From Eledone cirrhosa (taxonomy: Eukaryota), in assembly GCA_964016885.1 (NCBI GenBank), contig OZ024760.1, forward strand, positions 13,392,001 through 13,456,000: DNA of 64,000 nucleotides. Reading direction: 5' to 3'. Under the pieces are notes generated by a model, which saw only the letters and a program-made list of their open reading frames with translations, made no database searches and was not told the DNA's origin. The position numbers and the translations under genes were made by a program. Positions 1 through 30,279 of this stretch are shown piece after piece (positions within the stretch are counted from its first letter, which is position 1; every line of letters starts with the position of its first letter).

Positions 1-381
1 ATATATATATATTATAATATATATATATATATTATATATATATAATATATATATATATAATATAAAATATATATATATATATATATAATATAAAATATAT
101 ATATATATAATATATAATATATATATATATAATATATAATATATATATCTATAATATATATATATATAATATATAATATATATATATATATATAATATAT
201 AATATATATATATATAATATATATATATATAATATATAATATATATATATATAATATATATATATATAATATATAATATATATATATATATAATATATAA
301 TATATATAATATATATATATATATAATATATAATATATAATATATATATATATATAATATAATATATATATATATATATAT
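1..381. repeat. (TA)n/(TATAA)n microsatellite
   Basis: Almost pure A/T alternating tract with TATAA interruptions. Confidence 0.95.
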
Positions 382-753
382 AATTGTTTCTACTTTTGGC
401 ACAAGGCCAGCAATTACTCAGTGCATTACTGGTACTTTATTTTATCGACCCCGTAAGGATGAAAGGCAAAGTCAACCTCGGCGGGATTTGAACTCAGATC
501 GTAAAGGGACGTAACTATGCTGGAAAGCATGGCGTCCGACCCTCTACCGATACTGCCAATATAATATATATAATAATTGTTTCTACCCTTGGTACAAGGC
601 CAGCAATTATCCATCGCATCACTGGTACTTTATTTTATCGACCCCGTAAGGATGAAAGGCAAAATTAACTTCGGCGGGATTTGAACTCAGAATGGCGAGA
701 GCCGTAACTCTCTGCGTCAAAGCATGGCTTCCGACCCTCTACCGATACTGCCA
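382..753 (-). mobile_element. Two tandem copies of tRNA-derived SINE family A (~382-558 and ~573-753)
   Basis: Minus strand shows an A-box-like TGGCAGTATCGGTAGA, a B-box GAGTTCAAATCCC, a conserved core gccgaggttgactttgcctttcatccttacggggtcgataaaataaagtaccag and a (TTA)n tail. Further full or partial copies at about 1669, 3465, 4555, 8055, 9340, 9808, 10070, 10820, 11305, 18355, 20385, 22925, 23150, 26868, 27275, 34878, 40720 and 61355. Confidence 0.9.
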
Positions 754-763
754 TATATAATAA

Positions 764-838
764 TGGCCCTTGAAATATGTATAATAAAATAAATATTGTT
801 TTATAAATATAGTTTCCATTTGTTAATATATTGTATCT
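764..838 (+). mobile_element. PLE pseudo-LTR fragment, 5'-truncated inside the hammerhead
   Basis: gcccttGAAAtatgtaTAataaaataaat...atatagtttccattt matches 58375-58445; begins in the 3' strand of stem II. Confidence 0.6.
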
Positions 839-1506
839 ATATATAATATATATTGTTACACCTACACTGCTGAATAACTAACGAAGTAAATAAATAAAAT
901 ATAATAAAAAAATAAATAAACGTATCTAAGGGGAATTACTCTAGTTTGTTTATTGATGAATTACGTCGCTTGTTATATTTTAAATTTTTATCACGTTTAG
1001 TGGTCAGTGTTTCAAGTAGAGCAAGTGACATGAGTGGACGGAAGAGGTAAAGTTTCGTTGAAGTTTAGTAGTTTAAACATCGCTACCTGCAGTGATACGA
1101 GACTGAATGGTGTGGGAGAGTGGTCTCGAGTGTAGGCCACTCCGTGGTTTCAACGGACGACAATGCAGAAAGCGTTACATCGGAGGATATGGAAAGAAAT
1201 CATATTGAAAGAGACATTGCAACTGGAGGAGGTTCATTCCTGCGGAGGTTCAGCTCCACCCCGAAAGAAGGGAGTCGGTTAGAGGACCAAAAACGTCAAA
1301 TGTTCCGACCGCTGTCGGTTCAACGCTAATGGGTGCTTCTTATTTCGTTGTTTTGTAAATTTACAGAAGTTTTTTTTTCTAGAATAATTTCTATTATATA
1401 TGGTAACTAAAATACACAAATAATCAGTGTTTCTATTAAAGCCTATCTAGTTTGTTAAAGAACGCGTTTACTATATACATCGTACTATTTCATATATATA
1501 TATATA

Positions 1507-1660
1507 TAGAAGTAGTTCCACAACAGTTAGTTCACCATACCGAGAACAAATGTTTCACCTTATTCGGGATCCGAATAAGGTGAAACATTTGTTTTCGGTA
1601 TGGTGGAGTAACTGTTGTGGAACTACTTCTAACTAACTCGTCCCATGGAAAGAGTGCATT
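1507..1660 (+). mobile_element. PLE pLTR remnant with 5' inverted duplication (palindrome 1507-1631)
   Basis: ~60-bp arms centred on ccttattcgg-gat-ccgaataagg followed by tGAAAcatttgtt; the distal part recurs at 59135-59180. Confidence 0.6.
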
Positions 1661-2353
1661 CATTATTTTTGCCTTTCATCCTTACGGGGTCGATAAAATA
1701 AAGCACCAGTAATACACTGGGATAATTGCTGGCCTTGAGCCAAATGTAGAAACAATTATTTATTCAAAGTAATCCAACTTATTTTACTAATAGGATAAAA
1801 AATGATAAACCGTACGCATTGTCGCGCTCCTTACTTTATTATAGTTTAGATATATATATATAGGACTTCCTTTTTCTGCCAGTAGTAGTGTTTGTTGTTT
1901 AGTCCCCAGATCAGAGTAAATTTATGAATGCACTAAAAATGGATCCACCCTCTTCCCACACTGCCTTGTTATTCATAATAGATTGGTTAGCATTTATTAT
2001 GTTAATGAGTTGGTAGCTTTTATGGTAATGTCTCCTGAGAGAGAGTGAGAGAGATCCAAAGCAGTATGGATTGCCAAGTGTTATGTCTTGGTAGAGAAAT
2101 GTAATTCTATAAGAGTTGATCCTGTGTTTGGAAGATAAACAATGCTGGGAAAGAATGGAAAAGAGCCAAAGAATTCTTTGCAGGAGACCATTGGTATTTT
2201 TATGAAAATATCTCATTCTAATGTTTACCATTTTGACTTTGAAACAGGAATCATTTTCTGTTACTAACATATACTGACACCATTCTTTCTTGCTTCTTGT
2301 TGCTGCTGCTGTTGTTATATAGTATTGCATCAGGTTACACATACTGCTAGAAT

Positions 2354-2563
2354 GTGGTGGGGATGGTGGGGGTAGTAGTGGTGGTAGTAGTAGTAGCAGT
2401 GGTGATGGTGGTGGTGGTAGTAGTGGTGGTGATGGTAGTAGTAGTGGTAGTGGTGGTGGTAGTAGTAGTAGTAGTGTTGCTAGTAGTTATGGTGGTGGTA
2501 GTGATGATGGTAGTAGTAGTAGTGGTGGTGGTGGTAGTAGTAGTGATGGTGGTAGTAGTAGTA
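2354..2563. repeat. (GTG/GTA)n trinucleotide low-complexity tract
   Basis: Mixed gtg/gta/atg triplets; source of the poly-Val ORF. Confidence 0.9.
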
Positions 2564-2569
2564 TAAATA

Positions 2570-3268
2570 TCCGGTTGGTTGGTTGATTCGATAACCGGAT
2601 GGTTGTTTACATATTATCAAAGCTCTTTCGTCACATATTCTGCGACTTCCTCAGTGACTAGGTTTTTATTTTGCGTCTCTCCTTTGTTCTATCCTTCACC
2701 ATCTTGTTTTTGTGTGTTGTATACTTGGTTTGCACATGCGTTACATCCGTGTGTATTTTTTTTAGTTATTTATTCATGTGTTTATTTACTTGTTGGTTGT
2801 TTGTTCTATCTGTGGGTGTCAGATTTGTTTTATTAGTTTGGTTTTTGTGTGGCTCTGTAAGCCCTTAATTACTAGTTGTGATGTTGCTATTCCACTCATA
2901 TTTTCTGTTTAATTTTGGTTGGAGTTCGTTTATGTTTGTCGCCTCTGTAATTTGTCTGAGCATTGCATCTTTTCTGTGTGTGGATATCATTTTTATTACT
3001 ATGTTTTCCAGTGTGCTCCTATGTTCTATTTTGGCATGTTGGTGGAGTACTGGTGAGTTTTTCCATCCTGGAGTTCTTGCCAGTGTACACTTATCCTTTC
3101 TCCTATTCTACGGGCTGTTCCCCCTATGTATGTTGTGTTCTTATTCTTACAGTGTCACTCAGTACATCTCATGCTATATACTACGTTTCTAGTTTTGCAG
3201 TTAGTTTGCGGGCTTAGCTTGCAGACTATGCATTTCCTATCAGTGTAGGGAGTTCTTTGAAATGGATA
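2570..3268 (-). mobile_element. Penelope-like retroelement 3' fragment: Cys-rich linker, GIY-YIG endonuclease and 3' pLTR (decayed)
   Basis: Manual translation: PFQRTPYTDRKCIVCKLSPQTNCKTRNVVYSMRCTE*HCKNKNTTYIGGTARRIGERISVH, one frameshift, then NSPVLHQHAKIEH...LRQITEATNINELQPKLNRKYEWN. VVY..YIG, R..H, EA..I and LN are GIY-YIG motifs; a hammerhead motif lies downstream. Confidence 0.85.
2616..2658 (-). ncRNA. Minimal type I hammerhead ribozyme motif in PLE pLTR
   Basis: gtca-CTGAGGA-a-gtcgca(gaata)tgtgac-GAAA-gagc-TT-tgat: core, 6-bp stem II and stem I present. Confidence 0.7.
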
Positions 3269-3271
3269 ACA

Positions 3272-3408
3272 TGCTTTTTGTCGTGATTCCTACACAACCA
3301 CTTTACAGTGTGGGCTGGGTGCTTTTTGTTGTGTCACCTACACAACCACTTTACAGTGTGGGCTGGGTGCGTTTTGTTGTGACACCTACACGACCACTTC
3401 ACAGTGTG
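3272..3408 (-). repeat. ~48-bp x3 tandem repeat derived from the RTE LINE 3' UTR
   Basis: Unit tgctttttgtcgtgacacctacacaaccactttacagtgtgggctggg is the reverse complement of the RTE 3' UTR near 46195-46245. Confidence 0.75.
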
Positions 3409-3920
3409 TATATATATATATACGTCCTTTTTATTATTATTATATTATGTATCGACACATATTTAATAATTGCTTCTACTTTAGGCACAAGGCCAGCAAC
3501 TACCCAGTACATTACTGGTACTTTATTTTATCGACCCCGTAAGGATGAAAGGCAAAGTCAACCTCGGCGGGATTTGAACTCAGACTGTAAAGGGACGTAA
3601 CTATGCTAGAAAGCATGGTGTCCGACCCTCTACCGATACTGCTAATTCACCGCCCTCGACACATATTTAATAATGATCATAAGAATGAGTACTCAATACT
3701 ACAGTAGAGATTAATATATACTTTATTAAGCTCAAATCTTGTTACTCTTGAGTTTCTCTTATATGACGAGCCTGTGAGTGTAGAGGAGAACTTCGAAAGT
3801 AATAAAACACACATACACACGTATATATATATATATATATATACACGCAGATACACACAAATATATATACATATTCAATATATACAGCTGGCAAAGAACT
3901 TTTTTTACAAAATGTCAAAA

Positions 3921-6871
3921 TCATATGGTACCCTTTTCTTTTGGGGGTTTCAGTCCTGGTGCATTATGGGATGTGAGATTCTCTGGTTTTATTTTATGAT
4001 TCTTTTTTCTCAGACAAACAATTAAGATATGTAACGACACTAACATGAAGAACATAAGTATCTCAAAGAGTCCAATGAGATAGAAGGCAGCATCATAGCT
4101 GTGTGTCAGATCAGTGATTTTACCTGCAAGAAGAGAAAACAAAAAACACATGAGATAGAAGATAGAAGTCTATCTTAAATAGAAGAAATGATATTTAACT
4201 CTAGTACTTATATTTAACACTACAAAACAACAACAACAATGATCATTTAAGGCTGTGTTCAGGTTTAGACTGGGATAGGGTGGGCTCTGTCAGGTTTGCA
4301 AGACATGCTATATATCACAACAGTGCCCCTATGAGACCACCAGGAGTTACAGATCCATATATACATAAATAGATTTTAAGGCAATGAGCATTAGATAATG
4401 ATGATTATGCAGTGACAGGTAAAATCTATAGATATGTCCTACAGTACACTTTAGTATCAAAAACAAACTTTGTATTTCTTTTTCTGTCATCCAACAGATT
4501 GTTGGTCTTCAGTCAGTTCTTCATAGAAGACAATATCCTGGTGATATGGCCAATCCAGCAAAGTTGAAGCTTGACAATAAGAGATTCAAAAAATAAAGTA
4601 CCAGTGAAATACTGAGGTTGATTTAATCAACTTTGCCCTCCTCCCAAATTTGTTGGCTCTGTGCCTAAATTAGAAATCAGTATTAAGCTTGTTAAAATAA
4701 GGAACAGAAAAGTTAGATAAATATCAGAGACTTACCTGAAATTGCTGCTGCAGGCATTGTACATATTCCATTCACTGTGAAGGTAAAGCCAATGGCCAGT
4801 GGGTAAGCTTCGACACCAACAACTTGTTTGAAGACCAGAGGCCGTAGGGTGGATAACATGCCACGAGAAAATCCGTTTACAATTATCAGAATAGCTATGG
4901 GTGCATAAGTATTGCACGTGGGTGCGAGTATGAAAAAGAGTCCACTTATACCACAAAAGGTGTAAAAAATGTAGATAAGGATTGGTGATGTGTTGAAGAA
5001 GAAGCTGAAGCAACCAAAAGCTAGCCTAGATGACAAGCTGGCAATACTTACAAAGCTAATAAGAGAGATTGCTTCTATCATTGGACGTTCTTTCCCAACC
5101 CAGAAGTCAACAACCAGTAGCATACAAAGGGAACCACAACATGTGTTTATGGAAGCAGCAGTCGATATTATCAGGAAAAGCTTGTTTTTCAAAATGGCTA
5201 CATCAAATATTTTATGTTGCTGAACTTTTGTTTTGGATTTGGGTCTGGAATTTGGGTTTTTGTGGAGGTATGACAAGAGCCCTGAAAAACACATGTTCAA
5301 ACTGAAACCAGCAAAAATCATTAGGGCTCCTCTCCAGGAATAAAGATTTAAGAAAAAATCTAACAAGAGTGGCACACATAAGGATCCAATTGGAGCGCAT
5401 ATTGTCAGTATAATGGATAGAACATGGACATCGTTGTGGAATAGTTTCTCAAGGACTGCAAAACTGACGATATTGTTGATGGCCGCTCCAGAACCTGAAA
5501 TAGGGAACAAAGAAAGGGTTAGTCAGTGTGTCAGAGATATGTTACATAGTGTCAGGGATATTACTGATATATTTAATTATAAACACAGTCACAGAAGAAT
5601 TAAGCAGTAAATTTTGTAAAACTCACCAAATAAGATTCCAAGTGAGAAAAAGAGAAACCAAATGTTTGGTGCGAAGCTACTGGCAAACAATCCAATGGAA
5701 CATAATGCTGTGGCAAGAATTAAAGACCAACCAATTCCAATCTTTCTGTACAACATTCCTGCAAATATTCCTGGAATTCAATGTTGAGAATTTAATGATG
5801 AGAAAATCTGACAAAAACTGAAAAAAAATCATGTAAGTTATCAGAATTTTGCATGGGTTGGCTGGGACATTTTGGGGTTTTGGGGATTTATGTGGGTTTC
5901 TTTTTTCTTTAGAGTTGAATGCCTTACCATGATGCCAAAACTTTTACTTGCATCTCACAAAATAAGGATACAGTAATAATCTATGCTCCAACAGGTCCTG
6001 GGGGAGGGAAAAGGTGTGATATATGGTACATTATGGGTTTGTATGTTCTGTTGGAGCAACTGATAAACTATTGTTAAATCATTACTAACCTCCACATCCT
6101 AGAGTTGCCGTACATGTTGAGGTTATCATCGCTGTTTCAGTCCTGGATGTGTTGAACTCTTCGATGAGGTAGACATAGAGAATACCGAGGGAATAGGACA
6201 CCCCAAATCCCAGTACATTGTTGTATATTATGGAGACATAGGCCATGTATTTGATGAGGGAGGAACATTTACTGGGTGTAGGGTGTACCTGGGATGGACA
6301 CTTCACAGTTCTGGAACTACAGAGAGAGAGTGAGAGAGAGAGAGATAACAACAATAAAAGCAGTGGTGGTGGCAAAAGAAGAAGAAGCAAAACAACAACA
6401 AAAACAATAAATAAAAATTAAAATGCTAAGTAATTACCTGGAAGGCTGTTTACATGGAAACATGGCGAGATCAAATTTATCAGTTGTGTGAAGATCATCT
6501 TGGTTGAATGCGGGGTTAAAACCTTTCTGGGGACACGTTTCATTAATAGAAACTACCAGACTTCCCATCTCTCGGTCTGGTTTAGTATTTAGTAAGTCTG
6601 CTACTGGAGTTCCCATCTCTCGGTCTGGTTTTGTGTTTAGTAAGTCTGCTTCGGGAGTTCCCATCTCTCGGTCTGGTTTAGTGTTTAGTAAATCTGCTTC
6701 TGGAGTTGCCATTTCTCGGTCTGGTTTAGTGTTTAGTAAGTCTGCTACTGGAGTTCCCATCTCTCGGTCTGGTTTTGTGTTTAGTAAGTCTGCTTCGGGA
6801 GTTCCCATCTCTCGGTCTGGTTTAGTGTTTAGTAAGTCAACTCGGATAATAATTTCTTTATCTTCCGACAT
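3921..6871 (-). CDS. SLC16/monocarboxylate transporter-like MFS protein, ~588 aa, divergent
   Basis: join(6438-6871, 6090-6316, 5627-5770, 4736-5494, 3921-4123), all GT-AG, phases consistent, 1767 nt. Motifs GVSYSLGILYVYLIEEFNTSRTETAMITS, SSFAPNIWFLFFSLGILFGSG, YSWRGALMIFAG and GKITDLTHSYDAAFY fit SLC16 topology. An alternative in-frame acceptor exists at 6310. Confidence 0.85.
6560..6838 (-). repeat. Coding 48-bp minisatellite (DLLNTKPDREMGTP[E/V]A x ~5.8)
   Basis: Visible directly in ORF 6434..6883. Confidence 0.95.
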
Positions 6872-8526
6872 TTTTGATCTCAAAATCTTTAGCTTATTTT
6901 TCTATGAAAAAGTGACTGTAAGAATGTATATGTGTGTGTGTAGGAATATATGTATGTATATGTATAGGTGAGTGTATGTATATTTGTATATATGTTTGTG
7001 CATGTGTATATATATATGTATGGAATGTATGTTGTGTGCCTGTATGTATATATATATGTAGTGTGTGGTGTATGTATGTGGTATCCTACCACTGAGTGTC
7101 TCAGTGAAGACTGAAATGTCTTCCCTGGTCATGTCTTACTGGGTTTATATACCCCAGAAGTCTTAATAATATTCAAAATCATGCGAAGATGATGAAATGG
7201 TGTGCTACATGTATTAATACTTCTCATGTTACTTGATTAAGGTCCTACAGTCAGATAACAACCTATGTCATTACAATGCTATCACCCCAACCCCTTTATT
7301 CATCAATTCAACAGATCTTGAAAACTAATTTATTTTTTTGTATTTTTTTTTAAATCTTACTTTTCTTATCTAAGGTTTTTTTTGTTTGTTTATCTTTTTT
7401 ATCTTGTTTTTTTCTCTAAATAACTGGTTCGTTAGTTGTTCCAGGCAGTCTAATCTGGTATTAGCAAAGTGAGAAATTTACAAGGAAAGGGGTCACCATC
7501 ATCATCATCACCATCTTCATCCCCCTCATCATCATCGTTGAACTGTAGCAGTAAACAGCCACAATCTTCTTTCAAACCATTGCAGCTTTCATGATCAATT
7601 GTGGTTCCACAGTTGAGTGAGTAGCTGTGTATCATCAACATTATTTGACTAGAAGAGAGGGCACTGTCTATAGCTTTCTCAGGGCTTCTATGTCTAGAGA
7701 CATATGAAGGAGCAGAGCAGTGCCACTGGCCACCACAGGCTCACCGAGACTGTAGAGATGCTTTTAATTCTCTGCTGCAACAATTGAAAACCAAAAACAC
7801 ACAATACACACACACACATATATGCAAACACCCACCCAAGCATAAACATTCACAAATGTAAAGATAGATGGATGGATAGATGGTCCTGTAACTCCTGATG
7901 GAGTCATAGGAGCAACGTATTGACATACAGTATTTCTCAGGTATTTTAAAACCTGGCAGAGCCCATCTCCTCTCCAGGCCTGAATACAACAGATATCTCC
8001 CAGAGAAGGACAGAGAGTGAGACAATGGAAATGAGAAAGAGATATAGAGGAAGAATCTACCCCAGTACTAGACTGGTACTTTTTTATCGACCTCAAATGG
8101 ATGAAAGGCAAAGCTGACCTCGTGGGATTTGAACTCAAGAGACTAGAGAGTCGGAACGAATACTGCAAAGTATTCTATCCGATGCTCCAACGACTCTGTT
8201 AGTTCACACAATTAAAAGAAGTGGAGACAGAAAGCAGAAAAAAAAAAGAAAATCAAATTTATTGAATAAAAATAATTAGAATCGTTAATATTAATTACAT
8301 TTGATTATTCTATTTGTCACCAACAACAACAACATATATTTGAGTCAGACAGTTTTTCATTAGTTCTTTTTGGTAGTAAAACTGAATTTCAGTTATCAAT
8401 AATAATATTAACAATAAAAGCTGTTTTGCAAAAAATTGATTTTATATTGTGATAATCTATTTATGTTTGAAGGACAAAATGATTGTGTGTATGTGTGTGT
8501 GTATATATATATATATATATTTATTA

Positions 8527-8575
<49 letters not shown>

Positions 8576-8862
8576 CAAACACCACATCATCACAGCCCTG
8601 CTATATATATTTTTGTCCACACGTTTTTTTTTTTAAAAAGAAAGACTTTTTCACACTGTTTAATTTTGTAGTGTTGTCTGTCTGTTCCTCATTCTGTTTC
8701 CCTATCTCTACACAGCGAGACATCTTTTTTAGACTCCTCAGTGTAGTATAATTCCAGGTGGAAATTTACTGCTTTCCCCACTGATAAATCAACCCAAATG
8801 TAATTAGGCTAAACAGCTGAAGAGTGGGAACATTTGGATTTTGTCCTGTTTTCTATTTGATC

Positions 8863-8909
<47 letters not shown>

Positions 8910-8989
8910 GTGTATGTGCATGTGTAAGTGTAGATATATATGTGTGTGAGTTTATGTGTTTGTGTGTATTTAAATAATTTACTATTTAA

Positions 8990-9240
8990 CCCTTTTGCTA
9001 ACATATTTCTTTCTAAAGAAAAGCACAGCTTATAATATTCAATTAATTTTGAAAATAATCAAGAAGTTGAAGGGATTTACTAAAGTAACCTTCTCGTTAT
9101 TAAAGCTGATCCAAACTTCACATAATTTTCTTACATAAAAATAACGATGGAAAATTTAAAATTTAATACGAACACTTTAAAATGGACAGCTTTCTATCAT
9201 AGAACCAGGGGTTGGTTCAGACGGTTTGGTATCAAAAGGG
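8990..9240. mobile_element. piggyBac-type non-autonomous element (MITE)
   Basis: TTAA|CCCTTTTGCTA...TATCAAAAGGG|TTAA: terminal inverted repeats with TTAA flanks. Related ends near 27455 and 61060. Confidence 0.7.
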
Positions 9241-11205
9241 TTAAACAATAAATTTCTTTCAAAACAAATTCCTCTTGATCAGGGAGTTGAAATAATTTGG
9301 AAATATGAAAAATAAAATCAATAAATATACAATACATTGATTTCTAATTTAATGTAAGCACAAGGCCAGCAAATTTGGGGGAAGGGCAAAGTTGATTAAA
9401 TGAACCCCAGTAATTATTTAGCAGTTATTTTATCAATCCTGGGAGGATGAAAGGCAAATATGGCCTTGGTGGGATTTGAACTCAGAATGTAAAGAACCAG
9501 AAGACATTTTACCCCGATGCTCTACCAATTCTGCAAATCCACCAGTTTTAATAAATATACAATACATTGATGATCTAATTTAGCACTGACTAGACTTTGA
9601 TTAGGATCTGCAAATTTACAGCATAAATTAACGAACTGGGTATCATATATCATAGGGAGAGGGTGTAGGGTGTGGGGGCCTGGGTGTAAGGGCAGGGGGG
9701 GGGTCAAGTATGGAAATGTAAAGTATCTTGCTTCGAGAGACAAGTGTTTATTGAACCCCATGGTGGCGTCACCAAAGTTTAATTAACTAAATTCTAAGAT
9801 TAATAGTAATGGTTTCTAATTTAGGGACAGGGCCAGCAATTTATGGGGAAGGGGGAAAGTTGATGAAATCGACCCCAGTACATTACTGGTACTTTATTTT
9901 ATCAACCCTGGAAGGGTGAAAGGCAAAGTGGACCTTGTGGGATTTGAACTCAGAATGTAGAGAAGTCGTAAATACTGCAAAGTACTTTATCTGACACTCT
10001 ACCAATACCACCAACCCACCACCCTAATGGTATCTACCAATACTACCAACCGACCACCCTAATGGTGTTTAATTAAGGCACAAGGCCAGCAATTCTATGT
10101 TGTTAGGGAAGAAGTCACTTATATCAACTGCAATATTTGACTAGTATAAATATTATTTTATCAACCTCGGATGAAAGACAAAGTTGAAGTTTGCAGGATT
10201 TGAACTCAGAATGAAACATTACAAAGTGTTTAGTCTGATGTTCTTACAATTCTGCCAAATAACCATAATAATAATACTAATAATATCCTATACTGTTGTG
10301 AGATAGTTGGGTGTGGAGGAGAGGGGGCTGAGGAAACCCTTGGTGTGAGAGGTGAGGAGGTTTATATTTATCTCTACCTCAAGGGAGTAATGGTGGTGGA
10401 AGAGAAGGGGAAGAGGGGGAGCTATCACATTACAGTATAGATGTAGTGGTAGTGGTAGTGGTACTTTCGTTTGACATCAAACAAGGTGTGTTTATCATGC
10501 AAGGTGTCGTCGTATTAAAAGTGCTGTTGCTTCAAGGTCAGGTAACGAGGTAACCAGGTAGGCAGGAGAGGAGAAGAAAAATCAAGTTCAGAATTGGCGT
10601 TAGGTTGATTGAAGTTTGCTTTCAGGGCTGAATGTATTCTTTCATTGGAGATTTCTGGGGAATAAAATAAAAGAGAGAGAAAATATAAGTAAAAATACAG
10701 AGAAAATAATGTGGAAAGTGATATAAAGCTAAACAAGACATTGTTTTACCTTATTTAACTTTCTACATTATATATAATATACAATGCTTCAGGCAAACTA
10801 CATGTTATTAGAGAAAATAATGATTTCTGATTTAGGAACAAGGCCAGTAATTTTTTAGGGGAGGGGAAAGTTGATTAAATCAACCCCAGTGCTTTGCTGG
10901 TACTTTATTTTATAGACCCTGTAAGGATGAAAGGCAAAGCTAACTTTGGCAGGATTTGAACTCAGAACATAAAAACAAATGGCTTTAAATGTTCTCTCTA
11001 CAGTAGAGAGTTACATTCAATGTGAGAAAAATATTATGGTAGAAGACAAATTCACAAAGTACAGCACAAGGTGGGATCAACACTGGAAGAACATGAATGT
11101 AAATTAAAGCCCTTCTTCACATGACCATGACTACACTGACAATAATTATTGATGAAGGAAGGGGACAACAGAAATATTATCTAGGAAAGGTTTAGCAACA
11201 CAAAC

Positions 11206-29974
<18,769 letters not shown>

Positions 29975-30108
29975 CTTGTAACGTTAGTTTCGTACTTTTT
30001 TTAACATCCTGTCATTCCCTTACTCATGTTGTGCCTGTTCGGCTTTCAGGTTTTTCTTTCATTTGATTCTTACCAGACACACAAACATACATGCACACAC
30101 ACACACAC

Positions 30109-30143
<35 letters not shown>

Positions 30144-30226
30144 GCACTTTCTCTTCAAATTTACGAAAAGAAAAAAATTATTTCAAATACAATTTAGGAA
30201 TTGTTAATGTGGGAGGGGTAGAAATA

Positions 30227-30279
<53 letters not shown>

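Noticed and set aside
382-558. tRNA-like A/B boxes
   Set aside because: SINE heads; no complete cloverleaf.
1911-2342. 143-aa minus-strand ORF
   Set aside because: No recognisable motif or splice context; probably decayed repeat or chance.
5980-5997. TAG possibly recoded to Trp by A-to-I editing in a transporter exon
   Set aside because: The true homologous exon is 5627-5770, and this 70-nt segment would frameshift anyway.
6504-6971. Plus-strand 155-aa repeat ORF
   Set aside because: Antisense shadow of the transporter's coding VNTR.
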